Shown here in pieces: positions 13,440 to 26,020 of a stretch of DNA of 64,000 nt. Position numbers and translations under genes: made by a program. The DNA is taken from positions 1 to 64,000 of the forward strand of contig NIVC01003389.1 in the NCBI GenBank assembly GCA_002269645.1, in the 5' to 3' direction. The notes below the pieces were generated by a model that saw only the letters and a list, made by a program, of their open reading frames with translations, was not told where the DNA came from and made no database searches. Every line of letters starts with the position of its first letter. The stretch's first letter is position 1. Source of the DNA: Macrostomum lignano (Eukaryota).

Positions 13440-14292
13440 CTACTAGATCACCCTACATCTCCCCTACTTGATCGCACTACATGGCCCCTCATCGAACTCC
13501 CTACATCTACATCTCCCTTACTTGATCTCCCTTCACCTCCCTTACTCGATCTCCCTACATCTCCCTTATTCGATCTCCCTACATCTCCCTTATTCGATCT
13601 CCCTACATCTCCCTTATTCGATCTCCCTACATCTATCTCCCTTACTCGATCTCCCTACATCTTCCCCTTACTCGATCTCCCTACATCTACATCTCCCTTA
13701 CTCGATCTCCATACATCTAACCTACTCAACCTCCCTAGATCTTCCTCTACTCAGTCTCCCTAAACTCCCTTACTCGATCTTCCTACATCTCCAATACTCG
13801 ATCTTCCTACGTCTCCAATACTCGATCTTCCTACATCTCCAATACTCGATCTCCCTACATCTCCAATACTCGATCTCCCTACATCTCCAATACTCGATCT
13901 CCCTACATCTCCAATACTCAATCTACCTACATCTTCAATACTCGATCTCCCTACATCTCCCTTACTCGATCTCCATACATCTAACCCTACTCAACCTCCC
14001 TAGATCTTCCCCTACTCAGTCACCCTAAACTCCCTTACTCGATCTCCCTACATCTCCAATACTCGATCTCCCTACATCTCCAATACTCGATCTCCCTACA
14101 TCTCCAATACTCGATCTCCCTACATCTCCAATACTCGATCTCCCTACATCTTCAATACTCGATCTCCCTACATCTTCAATACTCGATCTCCCTACATCTT
14201 CAATACTCGATCTCCCTACATCTTCAATACTCGATCTCCCTACATCTTCAATACTCGATCTCCCTACATCTTCAATACTCGATCTCCCTACT
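13440..14292. repeat. 24-bp minisatellite
   Basis: Tandem TACTCGATCTCCCTACATCT(C/T)CAA and variants. Confidence 0.95.
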
Positions 14293-15261
14293 TCTCCTTC
14301 ACTAGATGCGCAATCTGAGCAAAGGAGGGAGGTACGACCCAAGTCGAGACTAAAAAAGACTCGCACGCACACTTTTTCCTGCAATCAACACTGACTAACA
14401 CCAATAAAACTCGGCAGTTTCGAGTCCCCAACTCCCATACAACAATGATGAAAGTGTGTGTGTGTGTGTACGTGCTCAAAATTTTATCGCAGGCTCACAC
14501 CACTGGGAGCTCGCGTCGCGTCCCCGGCGCTGGGTTGCAGAATTTGAGGAGGCAGGAGAACTCGAAACCAGCATCCCTTCGATTCCGAAGCTGTAGTACT
14601 TAACTATACTATATATCATCTCCATGAAATATGGCCTATATATTATATATATATTTGCTACACAGCAGCTATAATAGGGGATCCGGCCCTCCCCTCTCAA
14701 CCCCTTCTCTTTCTCGAATTTTAAATTGAAGGGACATCTGGGCTGTGCGAGAGCGCTGTTTGAGTGAGGGCTTGAGCATGAGCAGGCTGGTAGAACTGGG
14801 GGGGGGGGGGGCAATGGAGGCACGCGCGAGAACTGCCGGTATAATATATATATATATATATACATATACGCATAAAAAATCAAAACGATCCCCCTCCGTG
14901 GCACAAATAATATGACCCACTTTGCTTTTATTCCCGCATCCCATCTGCAAAATTGATGAAGGAAGAAAAGAAAGAATTAGAGATATAAATAAAAAAGCTA
15001 TATAAGCATGCCGAATAAAAACCTCTTCCTGCCCTCCTTTATTTCTGATGACTGTTTTTTATCCACACAGTTCAGAGGATAAAAAAACTACTCAACGAAA
15101 TCCCCCTTTTGAGCCTGGGTTGGAGTTGAGTTGGACTTGCGGCAATTTAATCATTTTCCTTGAGAGCCTCAGAGGATAACGGCTGGTCACGTGACATGAA
15201 TGTTGCGTTGGATAAACATGACAGCTCACCTGTGGCATTGTTCATCAATTATTTATTTATC

Positions 15262-15262
15262 C

Positions 15263-15330
<68 letters not shown>

Positions 15331-15388
15331 GTCTATCTTTCTATCTATCTATCTTTCTTTCTATCTATCTTTCTATCTTTTCTATCTT

Positions 15389-15425
<37 letters not shown>

Positions 15426-15478
15426 TGTTCTATCTTTCTATCTATCTAATCTATCTATCTATCTTTCTGTCTGTCTGT
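15262..15478. repeat. (TCTA)n microsatellite
   Basis: Long TCTA/TCTT run. Confidence 0.95.
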
Positions 15479-16046
15479 CTACCAGCCTTCAAGCCGGAAA
15501 CCCCAAACCGCAGTCTCTCAGCCCAAAAAGCTCCCTGTCACACGCAGAAGCGGCACCCCATACCGGAAATGCCAGCTCCGCATCCGCATTCGCTGCTCGT
15601 GCCGCAGTCGTAAAAAATCCTAGTAAAGAAACTGTCGCCTAAAAAAGTATCGAAAGCATTAATCGGGACAGGTTTTTACAACCTGACTAGACCTGAACAA
15701 TGGTTTACCAAACCCTCCTCGTCAAACGGCAAAAAAAGTTTAGAAACCGATGTATTTCGACTGCCATACAGAGCAGATTCGATACAAGTTCAGTTTTCAA
15801 CCCTTCGTGGCAAGGGAAGCGGCTGCAGTCGTTTTTTTCTTCAAAGCTAAACTTTCAACTAAAATCACAATTTATGATTATGACATCAATTTTTGCGCTG
15901 AAATTGTAGCGAAACAATCTTCGGAATGCCGGACAGACTTTACAGTGGATGCGCGCACTGTCTGCAGAATCGGATTTCTTACTTTGGGCAGCTTCACTAA
16001 CAGCCATTCACAATCCAATTAATAGAACGGTTGAACGGGAGAAGGC

Positions 16047-16227
16047 CCGAACCATTCACAATATCCGAACCATTCACAATATCCGAACCATTCACAATAT
16101 CCGAACCATTCACAATATCCGAACCATTCACAATATCCGAACCCTTCACAATATCCGAACCATTCACAATATCCGAACTATTCACAATATCCGAACCATT
16201 CACAATATCCGAACCATTCACAATATC
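16047..16227. repeat. 18-bp minisatellite, about 10 copies
   Basis: Tandem CCGAACCATTCACAATAT with no spacers. Confidence 0.95.
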
Positions 16228-18030
16228 ATAGCCTTAACAATATCCGTCCGTACCTTCGCAGCATCCGCAATACATATCTCAATAACCAGCCAATATTTTG
16301 AGCAAAGCATGCCTATATGAACATGAATTCCATCGGTTGGCAACAAAGTTTCTAATATCTCAATGCTTTTAAGCAGTTTTTTCATGTTTAAGGCGTAGGT
16401 CAATGCAATACAATGGTAAACCGCCTCAACCGATTAAGGCAGCCACGTGTCCGTTGAAATTTCTCGGGTTGCAGCTCTGAGGGACAAATGACGGCTCCGA
16501 GGGCACGCGCCACTCGCTAAAAAGACAGACAGACAGACGGACAGGGCCCGGCAGATGGTCAGTGAAGATTTTCAAGTCCAGAGAAATAATGGATTTGAAC
16601 TTGCGCAGGGAATTCCGCCACTTTCTACGAGCTGCATGACTGCCCGGCACCCTCGCTCCGTTACTCCAGCTCGAGACTCCGAGAAGCGTTCTCAAACCCA
16701 TCCCCGTGTCCGCGCTCCGAGCTCCCACCGAGCTGGGCGGGAGACGAGGCCGATTACGCAATCTGTCAAGCATTTCCCCCGGCCCCACCCACCAAGACTG
16801 CGGCGGACTGCAATCATGGCGCACCCCCCAGATGGCCAGGCTCATAACTATTGCACAGTATAGGAATTCATATAAAGCTACATGAATCGGTGAGTGCATT
16901 CCTTGATTCGGTGCCTATCTATAAATCTATATCTATCTGCTAAACAGCCTGCAGACTCAATAAATAATGACTCCTGGGAATCTCATTTAGATCTAGATGT
17001 AGACATTTATTTCAATATCAGAATTTCCAAGTCTCCGAAGATAGTTGGTTATACATGTACAATGAGTAAGACGCGACACACGTGGACAAATTCCCATAGA
17101 GCTCGGTCTCACAGTTCTCATTCCATAGGCTGCTTGCGGGCTTATGATAAAGGCAAACATAAGAGCAGACAGACAGACAAGTCAATTTTGTCCCAATGCC
17201 GTATGACTATGGCGGCAAGACTGACAGGGGAATAAGTTTGAGTTGAGATGCTGGCCTCATGCATCCCAGCTGTGCGGGTTGTGTTTCCGTAAAGCAAACA
17301 GCTACAGCCCCCGTGTCAATGCTGGGCTCATCATGTGAGGCTTTTGAGCATTCAGCCGCGACCTCTGTTTGATCCCGTTTATTTAGGGCTGTCACCAAAC
17401 CCCAAGGCACAGTGAGTGTAAGCAGGAGTCAGCGGATGTCCTGAATCTCAACACTTGCAGTCGAGATTTACAAAGAATGATTCGTTGCTCAAATTCTAAA
17501 TAAGCCAATTATTTAAAAGCGGAAAGATACCCGGAAATTGTTGAACAAGCAAGCTCAGGAAACACCGCCAAGAATGCCTGAATAATATAACCGGTTTAAT
17601 TCCTTGTCACGAAAGGCCAATGGCAGAAATTAATTAAAGGAAAAGAATTTTGCTTGCACGAAAGAAATTGTATCGAAATTGGTCCCTGCTACAGCCTGCC
17701 GCCACGCGTGCGGACCCATTGGGAATCTGGAATTTCTCATTGGAGCGAATCGACTAAAAAATCTGCAATCTCAAATGCCTTCACTGGGGGCAGCGAGCTC
17801 GGAAGGGGAAGGAATCTCAACTCAACGCAACTGCAGAAGTGGCCTTGGAACAGAATAATAGAAGAATGGAAAGAGGCTTGCGACACGCGCCATTCGCAAG
17901 CACAAGAGGCACTGAATTCAATGCCCATTTTAATAAAGCAAAGCCAAGGAGAACTAGAAGGAGAATCTGGAGCATAAAAACAGGTAAACAGAGCTGGGCA
18001 AAAACAGGTTTTAGTGCCCAGATTACTACA

Positions 18031-19266
18031 AATTCCCGAGGGTTAAGACCCAAAGAGAGAGGAGCGGATCCCGGGGGTGAAGATTAAAGAGGGGGGCGGA
18101 TTCCGGGGGTGAAGATCAAAGAGGGGGCGGATTCCGGGGGTGAAGATCAAAGAGAGGAGCGGATTCCGGGGGTGAAGATCAAAGAGGGGGGCGGATTCCG
18201 GGGATGAAGATCAAAGAGGGGGGCGGATTCCGGGGTGAAGATCAAAGAGGGGGCGGATTCCAGGGGTGAAGATCAAAGAGGGGGCGGATTCCGGGGGTGA
18301 AGACCAAAGAGGGGGCGGATTCCGGGGGTGAAGATCAAAGAGGGGGCGGATTCCGGGGGTGAAGATCAAAGAGAGGAGCGGATTCCGGGGGTGAAGATCA
18401 AATAGACGAGCGGATTCCGGGGGTGAAGATCAAAGAGGGGGGCGGATTCCGGGGGTGAAGATCAAAGAGGGGGGCGGATTCCAGGGGTGAAGATCAAAGA
18501 GGGGGCGGATTCCGGGGGTGAAGATCAAAGAGGGGGGCGGATTCCGGGGGTGAAGATCAAAGAGGGGGGCGGATTCCGGGGGTGAAGATCAAAGAGAGGA
18601 GCGGATTCCGGGGGTGAAGATCAAAGAGAGGAGCGGATTCCGGGGGTGAAGATCAAAGAGAGGAGCGGATTCCGGGGGTGAAGATGTCATGATGGCTAAT
18701 TATGTGGAGCACAATGTTATTTAGTTGTCAGTCAATGAGAGTTTAGGGGCATGGTCGTGCTTGCGGCCAAGCCAAATCGAGCGCTTGTATTTTGGAACTG
18801 AAAGAAGGCATACACACTGAAAGATGGTATTGATATACTCGCTTACAACTCGAAGGATTAACAAAGTTTGGACATAGACACAGTTTAAGCACATACGTAT
18901 TGGCTGCATTAACGGGTCATAAGGCATAACAGAAGATCAAAGAGAGGAGCGGATTCCGGGGGTGAAGATCAAAGAGGGGGGCGGATTCCGGGGGTGAAGA
19001 TCAAAGAGGGGGTGGATTCCGGGGGTGAAGATCAAAGAGGGGGGCGGATTCCGGGGGTGAAGATCAAAGAGAGGAGCGGATTCCGAGGGTGAAGATCAAA
19101 GAGGGGGGCGGATTCCGGGGGTGAAGATCAAAGAGAGGAGCGGATTCCGGGGGTGAAGATCAAAGAGGGGGGCGGATTCCAGGGGTGAAGACCCAAGAGG
19201 GGGCGGATTCCTGGGGTGAAGACCCAAGAGGGGGGCAGATTCCGGGGGTGAAGACCCAAGAGGGGG
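18031..19266. repeat. 31-33-bp G-rich minisatellite interrupted by a solo LTR
   Basis: Tandem GAAGATCAAAGAGGGGG(G)CGGATTCCGGGGGT units on both sides of a unique 247-bp insert. Confidence 0.95.
18685..18931. mobile_element. solo LTR (247 bp) with 5-bp target site duplication
   Basis: Begins TGTCATG and ends CATAACA (TG...CA with a short imperfect inverted end). Flanked by GAAGA at 18680-18684 and 18932-18936. Confidence 0.75.
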
Positions 19267-19764
19267 CAAAGCAGAAATCTGTGTGGGGGTTGAGCCACTC
19301 CAGACTCTAGTTTTTAGCTCTCTTTGAAGCAGAAGCCCAAAAGCGGGGAAGGGTGGAACAAAGACTTTGCCTGGCTCCTTCAATCCTATACATCAGGGGA
19401 AAAAATCGGGCAACTCTGAACTCATTAAATTTCTCAAGCGGAACAACAGACAGGGCTGTATGGCTGGCTGGCTGTATAGGAAATGGCGAACAACCCCGAT
19501 TTGAATAATTCATGAGAGCTGGGGGGCCCGGCCCCGAATTGAATCCTGATCGATTCCCAGTTTCATTGAGTGATTTATTAGCATTGAATACTGCTAGGGC
19601 TGAGCCTGCCAGTGTAGGAAATACAATACAGGGCAGGGCAGTTCCGCTGACCGGAGCAGTGCGGGCTTGCAGACTGTTTACTTAGAAACACCTGTATAGA
19701 TGTTCAGGTAAATTCGTTGCATTTTGCATAGGCGAAGGAACTGGGGTTGGCGGCGTCCGCCAGA

Positions 19765-20815
19765 GTGGGAAAGGCGATTCTCTTGTGGGATGTGGAAGGG
19801 CGATGATTGTCTTGTGGGATGTGGAAGGGCGATTGATTGTCTTGTGGGATGTGGAAGGGCGATTGATTGTCTTGTGGGATGTGGAAGGGCGATAGTTTGT
19901 CTTGTGGGATGTGGAAGGGCGATAGTTTGTCTTGTGGGATGTGGAAGGGCGATGATTGTCTTGTGGGATGTGGAAGGGCGATTGATTCTCTTGTGGGATG
20001 TGGAAGGGCGATTGATTGTCTTGTGGGATGTGGAAGGGCGATGATTGTCTTGTGGGATGTGGAAGGGCGATATTTTGTCTTGTGGGATGTGGAAGGGCGA
20101 TAGTTTGTCTTGTGGGATGTGGAAGGGCGATTGATTGTCTTGTGGGATGTGGAAGGGCGATATTTTGTCTTGTGGGATGTGGAAGGGCGATATTTTGTCT
20201 TGTGGGATGTGGAAGGGCGATTGTTTGTCTTGTGGGATGTGGAAGGGCGATTGTTTGTCTTGTGGGATGAGGAAGGGCGATTGATTCTCTTGTGGGATGT
20301 GGAAGGGCGATTGATTGTATTGTGGGATGTGGAAGGGCGATTGATTGTCTTGTGGGATGTGGAAGGGCGATTGATTGTCTTGTGAGATATGGAAGGGCGA
20401 TTGTCTTGTGGGATGTGGAAGGGCGATTGATTCTCTTGTGGGATGTGGAAGGGCGATTGATTGTCTTGTGGGATGAGGAAGGGCGATTCTCTTGTGGGAT
20501 GTGGAAGGGCGATTGATTGTCTTGTGGGATGTGGAAGGGCGATTGATTGTCTTGTGGGATGTGGAAGGGCGATTGATTGTCTTGTGAGATATGGAAGGGC
20601 GATTGTCTTGTGGGATGTGGAAGGGCGATTTATTCTCTTGTGGGATGTGGAAGGGCGATTGTCTTGTGGGATGTGGAAGGGCGATTGATTGTCTTGTGAG
20701 ATATGGAAGGGCGATTGTCTTGTGGGATGTGGAAGGGCGATTGATTCTCTTGTGGGATGTGGAAGGGCGATTGTCTTGTGGGATGTGGAAGGGCGATTCT
20801 CTTGTGGGATGTGGA
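19765..20815. repeat. 30-bp/26-bp minisatellite
   Basis: Tandem GTCTTGTGGGATGTGGAAGGGCGATTGATT units. Confidence 0.95.
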
Positions 20816-21839
20816 CGATAATCTGTCTGATAAAGTGCCATCACCCAAACCACACAGTAAGCATAGTCTGTACTAAAAAACGTTAAAAGCTGTCGAACTG
20901 AATTAAATAAAGTTCAACTGTTTGAAATGCACATTTCATACTACTGCATAAAAGTGAAGTAGTAAAGGTAGAATCGTTATAAGCAGAATAGATAAAACAG
21001 AATGACACAAATTTGCCGTTGAACACGAGTCTTACCTGGCTTCGGCAGAGTAGATTAAAACTACTGGGGCTGTTAGCGATGAGCTCAAAAGTGCAAGTAG
21101 ATTGAGTCAAGCTTCTAAGAAGATAAACTGTAATTAATAATTCAGATAGCAGCTTATAGTCAGTTTGTACGGGTGGAAAAATTAAGACAGCCATGCTGAC
21201 CGCAAAGGTCTATAATTAAAAAGATATTTCTATGTTAAGGGCCTTTCAAACATTTTTACACGATGTCACATAATAATGCAGAATATGGGGATTGACAATG
21301 GTATATCCTTGGCAAAACATGAGGTAGGCTTCCTAGGTCTCAGGTCTGGATAAATATGAGCTAGAGACATACCCAAATGCATCATGCTACTCGAATAACA
21401 GTAGTATAAAAAACTTTCTTGCAAATATCTAATTTACACATCACAATAATATACTTTATTTTTATTAGATACCAGACTATAATTTTACAAAAAACTAATT
21501 ACTACTTAAAATAGCCATCCAGTGAGTAGTATATACTTGACTACAACTAGGATACTACCACATAAAGATAAAGTACATGGAATAGTTGCATCTTTCATAA
21601 TAAATGCTCGATTTTTGCTCCTGATATAATAGTTAATATATGTGGGGGACTCTACTGATGAGTACTATCTAAAGAAATATTCAAACTTTCAGTTTTACAA
21701 TGCCTAAACTGCTGTTAAACACAGCACTTGATCAGAGCCAGTTGAAGGTACCTTGGTAGTTTTTTCGGTACTCTTATAGGTCCCTTAATAAATACTAAAA
21801 TTAATAATTGGCAACCCTTAACAGAGCCTGGCATACTCG

Positions 21840-23720
21840 TACCATCGAAACTTGCTTATTGACCAGCTCCCAGTAGGCTGCCCCATGAGCATGTTCAGAG
21901 CAGCGAAGACTAATGGCTGCATCTTCATCTGGTACAACTCAAAGAAGAGCAGCTGGAGCTTGCACAAGCTTCTGCCAAACCTGAATTGGCCTGAGAAGCT
22001 CAGTAAACTCACCTTTGTCAGCGAGGGCAAATTTCAAAAAGCCAGCAGGACCAAGTAACAGATTTGGCCATTCAAAGGAAGAAAAGTCTCTTTCTGCAAG
22101 CAGACTAAATGCCTAGGGATTATCCTAGACCACAGGTTGAACTGGTCACCCCACGTACAAGCAAAAGCCGAGATGGCCATTGCAATCAGCTGCACAAGGT
22201 CATTGAACACCACCTGGGGGCTCACCCCAAGTGCCTCTGGTAGATCTACACTGCAATGGTCAGGCCTACATGCTCAGATGGCAGCCTGATCTGGGCTAGT
22301 GCTCTGCAGATGAAGACCTGCCTAGAGACTCTCGGGAGAATGCAAGGGCGCACATGCTGCATGATCTGGGCTAGTGCTCTGCAGATGAAGACCTGCCTAG
22401 AGACTATCAGGAGACTGCAAGGGCGTACATGCTGCCTGATCTGGGCTAGTGCTCTGCAGATGAAGACCTGCCTAGAGACTCTCAGGAGAATGCAAGGGCG
22501 CACATGCTGCATGATCTGGGCTAGTGCTCTGCAGATGAAGACCTGCCTAGAGACTCTCAGGAGACTGCAAGGGCGTACATGCTGCCTGATCTGGGCTAGT
22601 GCTCTGCAGATGAAGACCTGCCTAGAGACTCTCGGGAGAATGCAAGGGCGCACATGCTGCCTGATCTGGGCTAGTGCTCTGCAGATGAAGACCTGCCTAG
22701 AGACTCTCAGGAGACTGCAAGGGCGCACATGCTGCATGATCTGGGCTAGTGCTCTGCAGATGAAGACCTGCCTAGAGACTCTCAGGAGACTGCAAGGGCG
22801 CACATGCTGCCTGATCTGGGCTAGTGCTCTGCAGATGAAGACCTGCCTAGAGACTCTCAGGAGAATGCAAGGGCGCACATGCTGCATGATCTGGGCTAGT
22901 GCTCTGCAGATGAAGACCTGCCTAGAGACTCTCAGGAGACTGCAAGGGCGCACATGCTGCCTGATCTGGGCTAGTGCTCTGCAGATGAAGACCTGCCTAG
23001 AGACTCTCAGCAGAATGCAAGGGCGCACATGCTGCATGATCTTGGGTGCCCCCCCCCTATCTGCTCCATATGATGACCTCAATGCCTTCTTTAACATTCC
23101 CCCGCTGGACATCTTTGTCCACAGGGAAGCTGGCAAGACTGCCTGTCATTTTATTGATGTCAGCACATTCGTTTCCAAAACTATAGGGCCATGGCTAAGT
23201 GCAAGATCTTGCCTCATGCTGACCTCTGCCTCAGACTTCAGAGATGGTGGCCAGTTCCACATCTTATATGTGCTAAGAGTGCTACAAGGTCACCACCCCC
23301 CCTCAATGGATGCTGCCACTGACCACTGGAACTTTTAGGAGGTCCACTGTTACACATAGATCTATCAAAGATGGCTATACTAGCTTTGGGAGTCTACATC
23401 ATTGTGAATGGCTATATTATTGCTGCATATGTCTAGCACACTGGCAAACCCTCCACAGTCTTCTAGAATAGTCTGCGATTAGCTTTTGCACTGCAAAGCT
23501 AAATGCCAAAGGTATGAGAAGAGAGACTATTGTTATCCATTCTAAAAGCCAAGTGGCCTTATAGACCCTCAGTTGCACTACTATAAACTCTTGGACAATT
23601 GCTAACTATACCTAGTACCTAGCAGCTCAACCTCTTGTCCAATAGCAATACTGTTAGGCTGAAGTAGATCTCAAGGCACATAGGGTTTCTAAGGAACAAG
23701 TTGATAGATAGGGATGGTTC
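21840..23720 (+). mobile_element. degenerate non-LTR retrotransposon ORF2 (late RT, thumb, RNase H; I/R1/LOA-group-like)
   Basis: Translations TKCLGIILDHRLNWSPHV, TTWGLTP, IYTAMVRP..GSLIWASAL, ILGAP...NIPPLDIFV. A decayed RNase H follows (IVIHSKSQVAL; LNLLSNSNTVRLK*ISRHIG, resembling the LxWVPGHxG motif). Stops and frameshifts present. Confidence 0.8.
22288..23040 (+). repeat. 75-bp in-frame tandem array (10 copies) derived from LINE ORF2
   Basis: Unit encodes IWASALQMKTCLETLRRMQGRTCC(M/L). The flanks continue the LINE reading frame on both sides. Confidence 0.9.
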
Positions 23721-26020
23721 TAACAATTACTAAATCAATGACTAGGCTAATTCCCTCCCCTATTGGAATAAGTTGACAAAACATGGACTGTCCATTGCAT
23801 TTTCAGATTCTCCTGGTATTGCGTCGTGCGACAATGGTATCAAGTTTTATGTTGCGTCGCGCAACAATGCCATCTAGCATTATGTCACATTGCGGCTGCC
23901 CAACACTGTGGCAACCTAGTGTCATCATGTGTTGCATTGTGGCCTGGATCTGCAACCAAAACCTCGCAAACTGCATTTCATTGTAATCTGTTCACAGTTG
24001 TTTCTTAATATTTAAATGTTTGAAACATGTTTGATAATAACTAGTTCTTGAATTGTTTTTTTATTTTGACAATAAAGTAACTATTACTTCAAATATAATT
24101 TTTTAAAATGTTACTTGTTAGTTACAATGCATGCACTGTTTTTCTAACTGCTGTACCTTTGTTGTTTTACTTTTTATTGTTTTTAAAAGTTCATTTCTTT
24201 TTCTACAAAATTGAAAGGAATATTCTTGTCCCCCACCCCATGGTCTCAGTCTCTGGAGTGAACAACAGAATGGGAATTGTCAATTTAAGTGAATGCTTGA
24301 TACCTTGATTTTGTCCCCCTCCCAGTCATTCGGTCAATAGACATTGGTGTCGCGTCGCCCTTTTGAAGGCACAATTTTGGTCGCGCGTCTGCAGGTTTTT
24401 GAAACTTTTTCCAATAGGGATTCTTTCTATAGAGCCTCTATGTTGATAATAGGCTATTATGATGATAAGTCATCATTTTAGAAACAAAAAATATTTTATT
24501 CCCAAATAGAAGATTCAATAAGTGTCATAATCTAAAATATGTCATTCATGATAGTAGAATTTTCTAATATGCATTCAATTTGGCAAGAATTCTATAATAC
24601 ATATATAAAGTTCTAGCATGCTTTCCAGTATGCATTGAAATTGATCCAGAAAATGGAGTGAGTGATCATTTTAGTGACAGGATAGTTTATTTGTCTGTTT
24701 TACTTTTATTATATTTTTAAAATATAAGATTTCAATATAAATGTCAATAGGCCTATTAAATAAGAATTATATAATAAGATAAAATTTGTTTGTTATAGAA
24801 ATGACTGTTAACTTTTTTATCAAATCGCCTAGCTATAAAATTAACAATATTAAACAGAAACTTGTGCACAACACTAGTTCAAGAAGTGAGGCTTAAGAAA
24901 CAATCCACATATACTAAATACAGTTTCTAAATAGCAATTAAATAAACTGTACAAATATTTGCTACAAATTTTGTATATTTATAATAAATTATTAAGACTA
25001 TATTATACAGCACAATATGTCTCCTATCGGTCAACTCTAAAAAATTAAAATAGACATTAATCGATTTTGCTAAGCGTCGTTATATTTATGAATAAAAATA
25101 AAATTACACATACATAGATAGGAAATCTAATATCAAACTGGTAGTTTAAAGTTAGTAGTAGCCTATGTGGGCGATTGGCGGCAATATTTTTTAAAATATT
25201 AATTTCCAATATAGAAGTAGATTGTAGTGCGGAAATATAATTAGTACATAGCTCAAAAGCAACTGAATGTCGTCCATTTGACATACAGGAAATTTTAAGA
25301 TCTTGGAAAGTATAGATATCGTAGAAAATTATTGCTTTGAAATTTGCTTTTTCGCTTTAACAAAAGTTACAGACAAAAAGTATTTTTGCAATACATACTA
25401 TTATTACCGCCATCTAAATTTTGCGCATGTTTTAAAAATTACAATAATTTTAGGATCAATGTGCAATTAAATAATGACACGCGTGCACGCGTGAGTAGTG
25501 TGACATGCTGTGTCCAGGATTCGAGTCGAGTCGGAGAGAACCCCTTTGCATTGCATGGAGCCCTTCAAATAGATTGCTGGGCTGATATCATGACTTGGCC
25601 TAAAGTCAATAACTATGTTTTCACAATAACTAATATATCTTTTTTCTTATTAGTCTAATTAGTTTAGTTATAAAATATATCCGGGACTAGGCCTATAGTA
25701 TAGAAAAAAATTTTGCTATTTTTCTATAGTATAATTTCAACTAATTCAAATTGCACTTGTTATTTATGCAATATTGTCCTATATAGATAATGCCAATGTT
25801 ATTTGCCTAGTACCATATAAATGGTATTGCCAATTATTGACATAGTAATTAAAATAAATACTAGTAGGCCTATTACATATTATAGTACATATATGATATA
25901 GCTTTGTCTACTTAATATTTAACTATAGGGCCTAATCTATCATTTTGAAGGCAAATATGACATGTCTAATTTTCAATTTTCATTTAATTCAATATACTCC
26001 TCATACTTTGCTAGGTCTAA

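Noticed and set aside
16047-16227. CRISPR-like regular repeats (also 410-930 and 50635-51240)
   Set aside because: Head-to-tail units without unique spacers, no cas genes, eukaryotic context.
378-20886. Many long ORFs with repeated peptides (378-1073, 6391-7926, 10639-11367, 11775-12839, 19678-20853 and others)
   Set aside because: They are translations of minisatellites, open in several frames or strands, with no splice or domain support.
21645-21690. Hammerhead ribozyme-like CTGATGAG...GAAA
   Set aside because: Stem II does not pair and no stem I/III partners were found.
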